A stretch of DNA of 63,505 bases from a virus (IMGVR_UViG_3300036791_000918:1-63505), one strand, 5' to 3'; shown: positions 9,429 to 17,044, numbered from the stretch's first letter. The notes: generated by a model not told the origin, from the sequence alone. Numbers and translations are program-made.

Positions 9429-9677
9429 TTAAGGTCGATGCTGGCCGTCAGTGTCGTCGCTGCCACGCGGCGCACTCGGCTGATTGAGACGCTCGAAGTG
9501 CTTGACTGTTTCCTCGACCGTCCATTTCAAGATGTCATCGTGGTCCGCGAAATACTTATTGCCGAAATCCTTATGCTCGATCAGCCAGCGTTTGTCCGGC
9601 GGCGCCGCCGGGTTGGTATAGATGACTCCGCCGCTGCTGGTGCGGCTGTATTGCTTGTAACCGCGGGGCGTACTCAT
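9429..9677 (-). CDS. hypothetical protein
   Basis: Part of an ATGA-coupled run of small early ORFs. Confidence 0.55.
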   Translation of the reverse strand: MSTPRGYKQYSRTSSGGVIYTNPAAPPDKRWLIEHKDFGNKYFADHDDILKWTVEETVKHFERLNQPSAPRGSDDTDGQHRP

Positions 9678-9910
9678 TTGGATTTAGCCTTCACTCGCTT
9701 CAGTGCAGCTTGGTATGTTTGCTCGGTTGCCGGTTGCTCCTTGTCCAAATGATAAGAGCGAACATTATCGATTGCGTTAGCCAAGTGACGCAGCGTGATA
9801 CTCACTTGCTCGGCGTGATAATTGATCTCGTCTAGAAACTCGCGAACGACATCCAGCTTCTTAATCTTCTTGAGCTTGGGTCGTCCTAGTTTGCGCTTTA
9901 CTTTCTTCAT
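9674..9910 (-). CDS. basic hypothetical protein
   Basis: GGAG RBS, ATGA coupling. Confidence 0.55.
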   Translation of the reverse strand: MKKVKRKLGRPKLKKIKKLDVVREFLDEINYHAEQVSITLRHLANAIDNVRSYHLDKEQPATEQTYQAALKRVKAKSK

Positions 9911-10107
9911 GACTTCACTCCCTGGAGTCCTGTCATGGGCTGCAGCTTGGCAACGAGTCTGAGCATGGCGCGCGCCTTGTTGTTGTGCTCGTCGCCAAGC
10001 TTCTTGTTACTGCGTTCGTAGTGCCATCGAGCTTCGCTCGCTTGGCGCTTGCCGGCGCGGCTCAATGCCTCGACGATCAGGCTGATCTCGGCGTTAGCGA
10101 ATTGCAT
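9907..10107 (-). CDS. hypothetical protein (start MQFANA)
   Basis: GGAGA RBS before ATG 10107. Confidence 0.55.
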   Translation of the reverse strand: MQFANAEISLIVEALSRAGKRQASEARWHYERSNKKLGDEHNNKARAMLRLVAKLQPMTGLQGVKS

Positions 10108-10176
10108 TGTTGATCTCCATGATTTGCGAAGATCATAGTTGATCACATTTGATCACCACGTGTCAAGAAAAAAGAG

Positions 10177-10195
10177 GTGTTACACGATGTAACAC
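10177..10195. promoter_or_regulatory. 19-bp palindrome GTGTTACA-CGA-TGTAACAC (copy 5; extends to GAGG...CCTC)
   Basis: Intergenic, just upstream of a TTGACA on the minus strand (10161..10166). Confidence 0.85.
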
Positions 10196-10205
10196 CTCCG
10201 TACGC

Positions 10206-10472
10206 TTAGGACGCCACGCCAACAACTGAACAGGAGGTGAAGCTGGGCAGCTCGACGATGCGCCGGGTCATGCGGGCGAACTCGCCAGCGATGGCGTATA
10301 GCTCCACCGCGGTCATCGTAGGCGGGTGCTCGATCAGGAGGTCGAGCCCGCAACACGGCAGCCCAAGGCAGAGGTGAGTGGTGATCTCGCCGTCCGCGCC
10401 AATGCTGGCGCCGCGGAGCCGTGGGTAGTGGTGCTGCGGCCACTCGTCTCTCGGGAAACCTAGCTCGCTCAT
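10206..10472 (-). CDS. hypothetical protein
   Basis: GAGGA RBS, coupled. Confidence 0.5.
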   Translation of the reverse strand: MSELGFPRDEWPQHHYPRLRGASIGADGEITTHLCLGLPCCGLDLLIEHPPTMTAVELYAIAGEFARMTRRIVELPSFTSCSVVGVAS

Positions 10473-10616
10473 TTGGTAGTCCTCTCTACGGGCTCGGGCG
10501 GCACGATGGGAGGGTTCGGCTTCAGCCGGCGCTGGTAGCCAAGTGCCGCCAGTGCAAGGAGCAGGAGGACGACAATGGCAAAGCCGACGATTGCTGCTCT
10601 GATCGCCATAGACGGC

Positions 10617-10877
10617 CTAGGGTGGGTTCTTGGGGGCAGGGGCACCATCACACTGGCGACCCTGCTCCTTCGTCCAGCGTAACACATAAATGCGCAATGC
10701 CGACGACAAGTTGTGGTGGGTACGCGAAGTATCGATCTCTGTCACCAGTCGTTCCATCGTCATGCCCCGGCTTTGCACGATAGCTTGCATCTCCTGCCAG
10801 AACTCCTCCTCCAGGCTGATGCTGGTGGTCTTGCCGCCCAGTTCGATCGAGCGCTTGCGAACTGGCGACGGGTCCAT
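10617..10877 (-). CDS. ribbon-helix-helix DNA-binding protein (RHH_4-like)
   Basis: KRSIELGGKTTSISLEEEFW...EID...NLSSALRIYVL is the typical pattern of this family, common in alphaproteobacteria. Confidence 0.85.
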   Translation of the reverse strand: MDPSPVRKRSIELGGKTTSISLEEEFWQEMQAIVQSRGMTMERLVTEIDTSRTHHNLSSALRIYVLRWTKEQGRQCDGAPAPKNPP

Positions 10878-11096
10878 GACGTCTTGGCGTGCCCTTGGGA
10901 CGGCTTCAGGGTGACGAGGCTAGCACAGAACCTCCCAGTGCGTTTAACGCATGGACGGGCTCCGTACGAAGACTGGAGGCCGTTCCCTGAGATTCCCAGC
11001 GCCCGCTGAGATAGCCAATCAAGGCGAGGGCGATGAGAATCGCCACGATGGTACCCATGATGGCGGCGAAAACGAACTTGTTCATCAGGTCACTAC

Positions 11097-11122
11097 AAAA
11101 AGCGGCCCGTCGAGCGGGCCGC
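11097..11122 (-). terminator. rho-independent terminator after the Pro-rich gene
   Basis: GCGGCCCG stem with a T-run on the minus strand. Confidence 0.7.
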
Positions 11123-11140
11123 AAGTCCAGGAGGAACCGG

Positions 11141-11665
11141 TTAAGGTGTCGGGGTCGGGGCTGGCGGCGCAGCCGGCGGGGGAACCACGATCGGACCGAT
11201 ACCGGGATACCAGACGATCACATAGGGCGGTACCACGATCGGGTGTACGGGCCAGCCGGCGGAACCTGCCGGCGGCGGTACGATGGTGGTTGGGTCACCA
11301 GGGTTTGGCGGAGTCGGGGGCGTCAGGATCGGCGGCACATTCGGTGGTAAGTAGATCGGCGGCGTGGCGTAGCCCGGCCATGGCGCGTCGCCGCCCCAGG
11401 TCCCGAGCGGCGGACCAGGCGGTACGATCGGCCCGCCGCCGACGACCGGCGGATAGCCTGATCCCGGTGGGAACGGACCCGGTCCGGCGATCGGGAACGC
11501 TGGATGCGGCGGCACGTTCGGATAGTTTCCGGGACCGCCCGGCATCGGACCGCCGCCGACGCCGACGCCAGTCAGCATGGCTTCACCAATCAGCACAACG
11601 TTTTGCGTGGTGCGGTTGAGCTTGTCGTAGAGCAGGCCCGAGATCGTGACTTCGACGGCCGCCAT
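11141..11665 (-). CDS. proline/glycine-rich protein
   Basis: AGGAGG RBS, own terminator, non-repetitive N-terminus then Pro-rich body. Confidence 0.75.
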   Translation of the reverse strand: MAAVEVTISGLLYDKLNRTTQNVVLIGEAMLTGVGVGGGPMPGGPGNYPNVPPHPAFPIAGPGPFPPGSGYPPVVGGGPIVPPGPPLGTWGGDAPWPGYATPPIYLPPNVPPILTPPTPPNPGDPTTIVPPPAGSAGWPVHPIVVPPYVIVWYPGIGPIVVPPPAAPPAPTPTP

Positions 11666-11683
11666 GTGGTGTCCTCCTATTGT

Positions 11684-11699
11684 GGTTTCACGTGAAACA
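11684..11699. promoter_or_regulatory. parS-like site GGTTTCACGTGAAACA
   Basis: 15/16 match to the canonical chromosomal parS TGTTTCACGTGAAACA; intergenic. Confidence 0.75.
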
Positions 11700-11736
11700 A
11701 TGAAGGTAGGTTGCTAGCTGGTGCGCTTTAGCACGA

Positions 11737-12153
11737 TTAGATGACAGGTGCATCAAAGGTCCGTTGGTACCACGGCTTGAACTTGAGCAGGGTCTTCGAG
11801 TCGAGCGCTTTCCAGTCGCCGTCGAAGCAGATCGCACGATCGTCGACGGTGAGGAACGCGGCGGGCTTCTCGTGGGTGAAGACGATGTCGCGCAGCAGCA
11901 TGTCTGCCTGCGGCGTAGTCAGATCGGTGCAGGCACGGACATGGCGCTCCAGCCACTCACGCATGGCCTTGATGCCTTCTAGCTCCTTGGAGCGTGACGA
12001 GTAGATGTTGACGTTGAAATGATAGAGCGCGCTGTAGAGCCACTTGAACGCGCCGGGCACCGGCGGATCAAGGATCACGGCCGCGCCCAGCCAGCCGCTG
12101 GTGTAGCTGTGGATCACGCCGTCGAAATCGACGCATAGGATCGGCTTTGACAC
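11737..12153 (-). CDS. HAD-superfamily phosphatase-like protein
   Basis: ILCVDFDGVI (DxD), SSR, K..., VDDRA motifs. Confidence 0.8.
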   Translation of the reverse strand: MSKPILCVDFDGVIHSYTSGWLGAAVILDPPVPGAFKWLYSALYHFNVNIYSSRSKELEGIKAMREWLERHVRACTDLTTPQADMLLRDIVFTHEKPAAFLTVDDRAICFDGDWKALDSKTLLKFKPWYQRTFDAPVI

Positions 12154-12345
12154 TTGTGTACCTCCTATGACAGCAGCCCAGCTTCACGTGCGGCTCTATC
12201 CAACAGTTGAAGCTGGCGGACGGCTTGATAGATTTTCTCTTGGGTGCGCCGGTCCTCGACCAAACCGGCCAGCGCCACCAGCTCTAGACATAGATCGTGG
12301 GTATCTGTCAGCTTTGGCGGCGATGGCTTGCGCTTGCTCATCCAG

Positions 12346-12642
12346 TCACTTGGTAATATTCTTGACCGCCCACATCACGGCCTCCTCGATCTTGGTCTGT
12401 GCGAGACTCAGCTCCCGGCTTTTACCCATTGCGTCGATCATCTGCCAAAACTCCAATCCTTTATCCTTGATCTGCTGCATCTGAGTCTTCTCAGCGTCAG
12501 TGAGCACGCGGTACTCGTGACGCATCACGTTGTTGACGACGCGCTCGTCAGAGGTCGAAGAAACCGTCTCGACCTTGTCGCCGATCCGGGTGCTGGCGCT
12601 GGCACTAGCGCTACTACCGATATTGACGTTGTGGGTGGTCAT
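12346..12642 (-). CDS. Acb2/Tad1-like helical-hairpin protein (putative cyclic-nucleotide sponge)
   Basis: YRVLTDAEKTQMQQIKDKG...SRELSLAQTKIEEAVMWAVKNIT; start MTTHN is ATGA-coupled to the amidase stop. Confidence 0.65.
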   Translation of the reverse strand: MTTHNVNIGSSASASASTRIGDKVETVSSTSDERVVNNVMRHEYRVLTDAEKTQMQQIKDKGLEFWQMIDAMGKSRELSLAQTKIEEAVMWAVKNITK

Positions 12643-13466
12643 GCGTGCTTGCCCTCCCGTGATTCGATTTTGACATACTGTGCATTGCACCAGCCGTAGA
12701 GCGCAACGGTTGGTCCGGCGCCCTGGCCGACTTGGAAGCGCAGCCACTTGGTCGAGCCGTTCATGGCCTCGCCGACAATGATCAGCTCATCGCCGTTCTC
12801 GGCTTCGCCGATAATCGGTGAAGACGATGATGAAGTGGCGCGGATGTTTAATATATCGTTGGCGGCAAGGTTGGCAACGACGCCGTGGCGCGGTGCCATA
12901 GGCTGCTGACCGTGGTCGCCGCCGTCGCCCATGACTTGCTGCACACAGGAAATGTAGGTGGGCTTGGACATGTTCTTGCCGGGACAGGCATGGTCGGTGT
13001 TGGGGTCCTCGTAGTGGAACTTGAGAAGCTCCGGGTTCCAGCCGAAGAACTCGCAGCACACGGCGCTCAGCTCGTGGCCCATGCGTTGTACGTCGGCGCC
13101 AAGACCTTCGGTCGCGCTCTCGGTAGCGTAGTCGCCTACATGCTCGAACCCCAGCATGGTGCCGTTCCAGCTGGGGCTGTGCACGCCCTTGACGTTGGGC
13201 GGCGTCATGCACCACCAGCTTTTCCCATCAATGAAAAAGTGTGGGCCGGCGCTCCAGCCCATCCCGTTCTCGTAGTAGTTCTGCAGGTTCACCATGCGCT
13301 CGGCCGGCGGGACGCTGTGCCACCATTGGTAAAGCGTAGGACTTGCCGTGTTGTGGACAACGAAGTTGGACGGGCGCCATGAACTGTAGCTCAGGCCGCG
13401 GATGTACGTGCGTAGGTCGTCGAGGTTCTTGAATTCAAGCGCCGGGGAATTTCCTTTCCAGGTCAT
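12639..13466 (-). CDS. N-acetylmuramoyl-L-alanine amidase (Amidase_2) with C-terminal SH3b-like domain
   Basis: VVHNTA, AGPHFFI, GFEHVG, FH...HACPG zinc ligands; LNIRA...IIGE...W C-terminal domain. Confidence 0.85.
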   Translation of the reverse strand: MTWKGNSPALEFKNLDDLRTYIRGLSYSSWRPSNFVVHNTASPTLYQWWHSVPPAERMVNLQNYYENGMGWSAGPHFFIDGKSWWCMTPPNVKGVHSPSWNGTMLGFEHVGDYATESATEGLGADVQRMGHELSAVCCEFFGWNPELLKFHYEDPNTDHACPGKNMSKPTYISCVQQVMGDGGDHGQQPMAPRHGVVANLAANDILNIRATSSSSSPIIGEAENGDELIIVGEAMNGSTKWLRFQVGQGAGPTVALYGWCNAQYVKIESREGKHA

Positions 13467-13728
13467 CTAGTCGCCTCCTAGTCAGATCATCCAGTGACCC
13501 ACCCATTGCGAACATGTTGCGGATAGCGAGCACGAGGTCGATGCTTCTTGAGGCTGCCAGCCAGTCGGCCTGGATCACCATCTCGGCGAGCGCGTGTGCC
13601 AGCATTTCGTCATCCAGTTTAGCCAGCATAGCCAGCGGCTCGCCAAGCGGGTGAGTTTTGCCATGGGGATGCACCATATTTGCCAGCCGCAATTCTGCGA
13701 AGGTCAGATCGTTAACCGGCTTGCTCAC
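13435..13728 (-). CDS. hypothetical protein
   Basis: GGAG RBS, GTGA coupling. Confidence 0.55.
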   Translation of the reverse strand: MSKPVNDLTFAELRLANMVHPHGKTHPLGEPLAMLAKLDDEMLAHALAEMVIQADWLAASRSIDLVLAIRNMFAMGGSLDDLTRRRLDDLERKFPGA

Positions 13729-13964
13729 TTGGCGTGCTCCAGTTCTCGCTCTCTTTCCAATTCGGTGATGCGCTGGCGAAGCGTGTCGATCGAGAGTCGA
13801 ACGTAGCCGGTGATCTTGCGTATAGCATTAAGCTCTTGCTCCGCAAGCGACATGGCTTCTTCGCATGCGTTCTCGCGCCGGGTCAAGGCGCGCTGCACGT
13901 CAGAGAGACCGGCAAGCTCTTCGCGTGCGGCGCGTAATGGGTCGAACGGTGTGGATGTGCTCAT
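13725..13964 (-). CDS. coiled-coil hypothetical protein (start MSTSTP)
   Basis: Heptad-like sequence; start placed downstream of the palindrome. Confidence 0.55.
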   Translation of the reverse strand: MSTSTPFDPLRAAREELAGLSDVQRALTRRENACEEAMSLAEQELNAIRKITGYVRLSIDTLRQRITELERERELEHAK

Positions 13965-13978
13965 TGGTGCTTTCCAAG

Positions 13979-13997
13979 GTGTTACATGATGTAACAC
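13979..13997. promoter_or_regulatory. 19-bp palindrome GTGTTACA-TGA-TGTAACAC (copy 6)
   Basis: 3 nt from the stop of 14001..14240. Confidence 0.85.
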
Positions 13998-14000
13998 GTC

Positions 14001-14240
14001 TTAGCCTGTGATGCGCTTGAGCACCTCAATAATGGCCTTGAGACGAATTTCCAACTCGCTCACCGTCTTGCGCATGTCTTGCTGGACTTGCTCCAGGCTA
14101 TCGCTGGCGTCGCGATATTTCGGAGGTGCAAAGTCTTGGATATTTTGCTGCGCCCGCGGTGCTGGCGTGGGCACGCCGGTCATTTCGTTCTCGACATTGC
14201 GCAGGACTTTACTGAGATCGCGATCACGTTCTTCAGCCAT
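14001..14240 (-). CDS. hypothetical protein
   Basis: GGAGAG RBS. Confidence 0.6.
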   Translation of the reverse strand: MAEERDRDLSKVLRNVENEMTGVPTPAPRAQQNIQDFAPPKYRDASDSLEQVQQDMRKTVSELEIRLKAIIEVLKRITG

Positions 14241-14625
14241 GTGTTCTCTCCGATGTTGGTGTTACTGATTTGTAGTAGAATCCTAATCTCAGCACACACG
14301 TTCCGTCTGCCAGTATATCCGCGGGCACGCGGATGGCGTTTTCCTCTGCGAGATCACGCTCTACCTGGGTGAAACCTAGGTTGTGTCTCGCGATGCGACG
14401 GCGCATTTTCTCAATGATGATTTGAATGTCTTCAATGGGCACGTTGTTGCGATGAGCGTCGTGCTTTAATCGGTTTTCCAGCAAGACCCTACCGCGTTTT
14501 GAGATCGGTCGCGACAGATTGAAGAAATCCCCGAGCGCGGCTGTGTGCGTTGGCGGGTATACGCGAACATAACGGCGTACAGGTCTTGACAGCTTGCGGT
14601 TTTTGGGCGGGATTTGGTTAGCCAT
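14233..14625 (-). CDS. basic hypothetical protein, possible nucleic-acid binder
   Basis: Arg-rich 130-aa ORF next to the control region. Confidence 0.5.
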   Translation of the reverse strand: MANQIPPKNRKLSRPVRRYVRVYPPTHTAALGDFFNLSRPISKRGRVLLENRLKHDAHRNNVPIEDIQIIIEKMRRRIARHNLGFTQVERDLAEENAIRVPADILADGTCVLRLGFYYKSVTPTSERTHG

Positions 14626-14831
14626 GGTCCGTAGTTCCCCTACTGATCGTGGTCAGGCGGGCCACGTGGATGACACTCCCGTGGCTCGCCGCATTTTTAT
14701 TTTGGGCATGGATGCTTTGTCAATTTTTCTGAAGTTGATGATGGCACCTGGATGTATAACCAACAACACACTGGGCAGGTGATGGGCAACCTTTAACGAC
14801 TCATTTCCCTAGATGGGAAAAGGAGGTCGTC

Positions 14832-14978
14832 ATGGGAATGTGTGCTCTATGCATCTGGGGAGGTGCGACTGTTGGCGCCTGTCTCGGGTTTCTCCTCGCA
14901 GGAATGTTCGCCGTCTCAAAACACGCTGACGAGCAGGAAGCACGTTGGCTGAACGAGCATAACGGCAACGAGCATTGA
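14832..14978 (+). CDS. small single-TM protein MGMCALCIWGGATVGACLGFLLAGMFAVSK... (48 aa)
   Basis: Manual translation; strong AGGAGGT RBS. Confidence 0.55.
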   Translation: MGMCALCIWGGATVGACLGFLLAGMFAVSKHADEQEARWLNEHNGNEH

Positions 14979-15006
14979 AGTGGATTGCGGTATCCAGGTA
15001 TTGGAG

Positions 15007-15025
15007 GTGTTACATTACGTAACAC
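15007..15025. promoter_or_regulatory. 19-bp palindrome variant GTGTTACA-TTA-CGTAACAC (copy 7)
   Basis: One mismatch; flanks extend the dyad. Confidence 0.75.
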
Positions 15026-15070
15026 CTTCAAGCACTTAGCTTGCGGTATGCGCTCATTGTGCAGTGCAGC

Positions 15071-15418
15071 TGTGCCGTCTTGTGCCGGTGATCTGTATTC
15101 GCGTGCCGCAAAAAGCTCAATGATATCAACGGACGTGCCGTTTGTGCCGCTTGTGCCGTACAAAACAACACCCCCCCCTAATCTTGATTCTGCCACAATC
15201 TCTTATCATCCTATATATTATATTATATTTTATTTCAACGTAGTTAGTATAGATAGGTAGTGGGTATCAGAGGCACGCGCGCGCCCGACCACTTTGGAAG
15301 TGCAAAAAAAGGGGGGGGTATCGTTTTGGACAGCACAAGCGGCACAATTGGCACGTCCGTTGATATCATTAAGCTTTTTACGGCACGCGAATACAAAGCA
15401 ACGGCACAACACGGCACA
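15071..15418. repeat. about 109-bp imperfect inverted repeat around an AT-rich core; putative replication origin
   Basis: Arms 15071..15179 and 15310..15418; six GTGCCG in the left arm mirrored (two with a mismatch) in the right; AT-rich about 15200..15255. Confidence 0.7.
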
Positions 15419-15486
15419 ACGCTGGTAATATGGTGTAGAAAAGTAGTCTGTACGTGATAGCGTGTATTACACGATGGTAGATTCTG

Positions 15487-15664
15487 CGGTATCTAAATAC
15501 AAGGAAGTTTACAGTGTACCATACGGTTACATGATTAACGTGTTACATCATGTAACACGTTATAGGATGTTAGAAAATGGTGGCACCTGTTAGTATGGTC
15601 TATAGGATTAGCGTTGTTATGTAATCGCATAGCACACTGTAAACTTACTTGTATTTAGATACCG
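15487..15664. repeat. 31-bp inverted repeat (30/31) enclosing palindrome copy 8
   Basis: CGGTATCTAAATACAAGGAAGTTTACAGTGT at 15487..15517 versus its reverse complement at 15634..15664. Confidence 0.85.
15540..15558. promoter_or_regulatory. 19-bp palindrome GTGTTACA-TCA-TGTAACAC (copy 8; extends to 27 bp, 15536..15562)
   Basis: Read directly. Confidence 0.85.
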
Positions 15665-15713
15665 TCGAAATAGCTTAACGCATAGCGCATGCGATTAGGT
15701 GACTAGCCACAAA

Positions 15714-15916
15714 GCCCGCGAGCGCTGCAGCCCGCAGCCCGCAGCCCGCAGCCCGCGAGCGCTGCAGCCCGCAGCCCGCAGCCCGCGAGCGCTGCAGCCC
15801 GCAGCCCGCAGCCCGCAGCCCGCAGCCCGCGAGCGCTGCAGCCCGCGAGCGCTGCAGCCCGCAGCCCGCAGCCCGCGAGCGCTGCAGCCCGCAGCCCGCA
15901 GCCCGCGAGCGCTGCA
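15714..15916. repeat. compound tandem array of 16-mer GCCCGCGAGCGCTGCA (x7) and 7-mer GCCCGCA (x13)
   Basis: Parsed as A B3 A B2 A B4 A A B2 A B2 A, 203 bp. Confidence 0.95.
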
Positions 15917-15996
15917 AACAAAAAGGGCGCGCGCCTTGCGGCGCGCGCCCTTGGAGTCGAGGCAATAAAAAACCCGGGCGCCTTGCGGCGCCCGGG
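15917..15996 (-). terminator. two tandem rho-independent terminators with GCAA tetraloops
   Basis: Stems GGGCGCGCGCC and CCCGGGCGCC, each with a C-GCAA-G loop and T-runs on the minus strand, after 16014..16670. Confidence 0.85.
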
Positions 15997-16013
15997 CTGA
16001 GTCGTGTCGCGGG

Positions 16014-16670
16014 TTAGCGCGGCGCGTTGGCTAGCCAATCCCTCCATTCGGAACCGCGATCGCCGACAAGCTTTGCAGTGTACTTTTTCTGCAAGCCTTT
16101 CATTGAAAGCACCATGCGATTCAGCGCATCGAACACGTCGACGTCATCGGACGGATTGATAATTTCGTCGGCCTTGATGAGTCGCTGTTCGTGCGCGGCC
16201 TTGTCGGCCTCTTTCTGCGCACGGGTTGCCTCTTGCTCCGCAGTATCGGCAGGCTTGGTAATGCCGGCCATACGCTTCGCTCGGGACACAAGAACGCGCA
16301 CCGCGACCATAACCCGTTCTTGGTCGAACGTGCGGTTTTCATCCGTGTTCTTGTCGGGATTCCGATCATTGTACTTTTTCAAGCCAATGACTCGGGTTGC
16401 CTCGACTCGGTCATAGCCAAGCTTCCGCACGAAGTAGCCTTCCGACAAGGCTTGCACCATGTCTCCGATAACCTTGTCGTTAGCCTTGAACGTGACAAAG
16501 GCTTGCGTGAGGCTACCGTCTTGTCCCGCGTAGTTCTGCCCGGCCTCGAACGCAATCTCGCAAGCTTGCGCGGGAGTCATGGCAGTCGAACCATTGGCCT
16601 TGGCCTTGGTCTTGCCATTGGCCTTGGTCGCGGGAGTCGTGGGAGTCACAATCGATTGAACGTTAGTCAT
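16014..16670 (-). CDS. stand-alone early protein of unknown function (218 aa)
   Basis: Own promoter upstream and twin terminators downstream. Confidence 0.75.
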   Translation of the reverse strand: MTNVQSIVTPTTPATKANGKTKAKANGSTAMTPAQACEIAFEAGQNYAGQDGSLTQAFVTFKANDKVIGDMVQALSEGYFVRKLGYDRVEATRVIGLKKYNDRNPDKNTDENRTFDQERVMVAVRVLVSRAKRMAGITKPADTAEQEATRAQKEADKAAHEQRLIKADEIINPSDDVDVFDALNRMVLSMKGLQKKYTAKLVGDRGSEWRDWLANAPR

Positions 16671-16733
16671 AGTATCAGTCTCGCTTTCCGCCCCGTAGGG
16701 CTGTTATCGCTTGCTATATGCAAGCACAATCAA

Positions 16734-16762
16734 ACAATAGCATGGTGCATAGGATAAGTCAA
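16734..16762 (-). promoter_or_regulatory. sigma70-type promoter TTGACT-17nt-TATTGT
   Basis: Same -35 as the 7566 promoter, 17-nt spacer. Confidence 0.7.
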
Positions 16763-16764
16763 AC

Positions 16765-16783
16765 GTGTTACATCGTGTAACAC
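16765..16783. promoter_or_regulatory. 19-bp palindrome GTGTTACA-TCG-TGTAACAC (copy 9)
   Basis: 2 nt upstream of the -35 hexamer. Confidence 0.85.
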
Positions 16784-17013
16784 CTCGCCACGTCCTACCC
16801 TTAGCTTAGCTAGGGCAGGAATTCTTATGTGAGAGCAGAGACGTACCAAGGGGAACGCGCGCAGGTGCCTGCGGGTACTTGCCCATCACCCCCATAATTT
16901 TCCAGAAAATCCCTCAAATCATCCTATGTACCAAAAAATTTTTTACAAATTTTAGACCCCCCTCTAAATTTTAGTATGCAAAGCCAAATGACCAGGAAAA
17001 GATTACCCATCTA

Positions 17014-17029
17014 CGTTTCACGTGAAACA
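17014..17029. promoter_or_regulatory. parS-like site CGTTTCACGTGAAACA
   Basis: 15/16 match to canonical parS; 15 nt upstream of the terS ATG. Confidence 0.75.
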
Positions 17030-17044
17030 TGCTAAAAGCAACAC

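Noticed and set aside
15714-15916. CRISPR array, or coding ORFs over the tandem repeat
   Set aside because: No unique spacers and no cas operon; the ORFs in several frames are repeat translations without RBS
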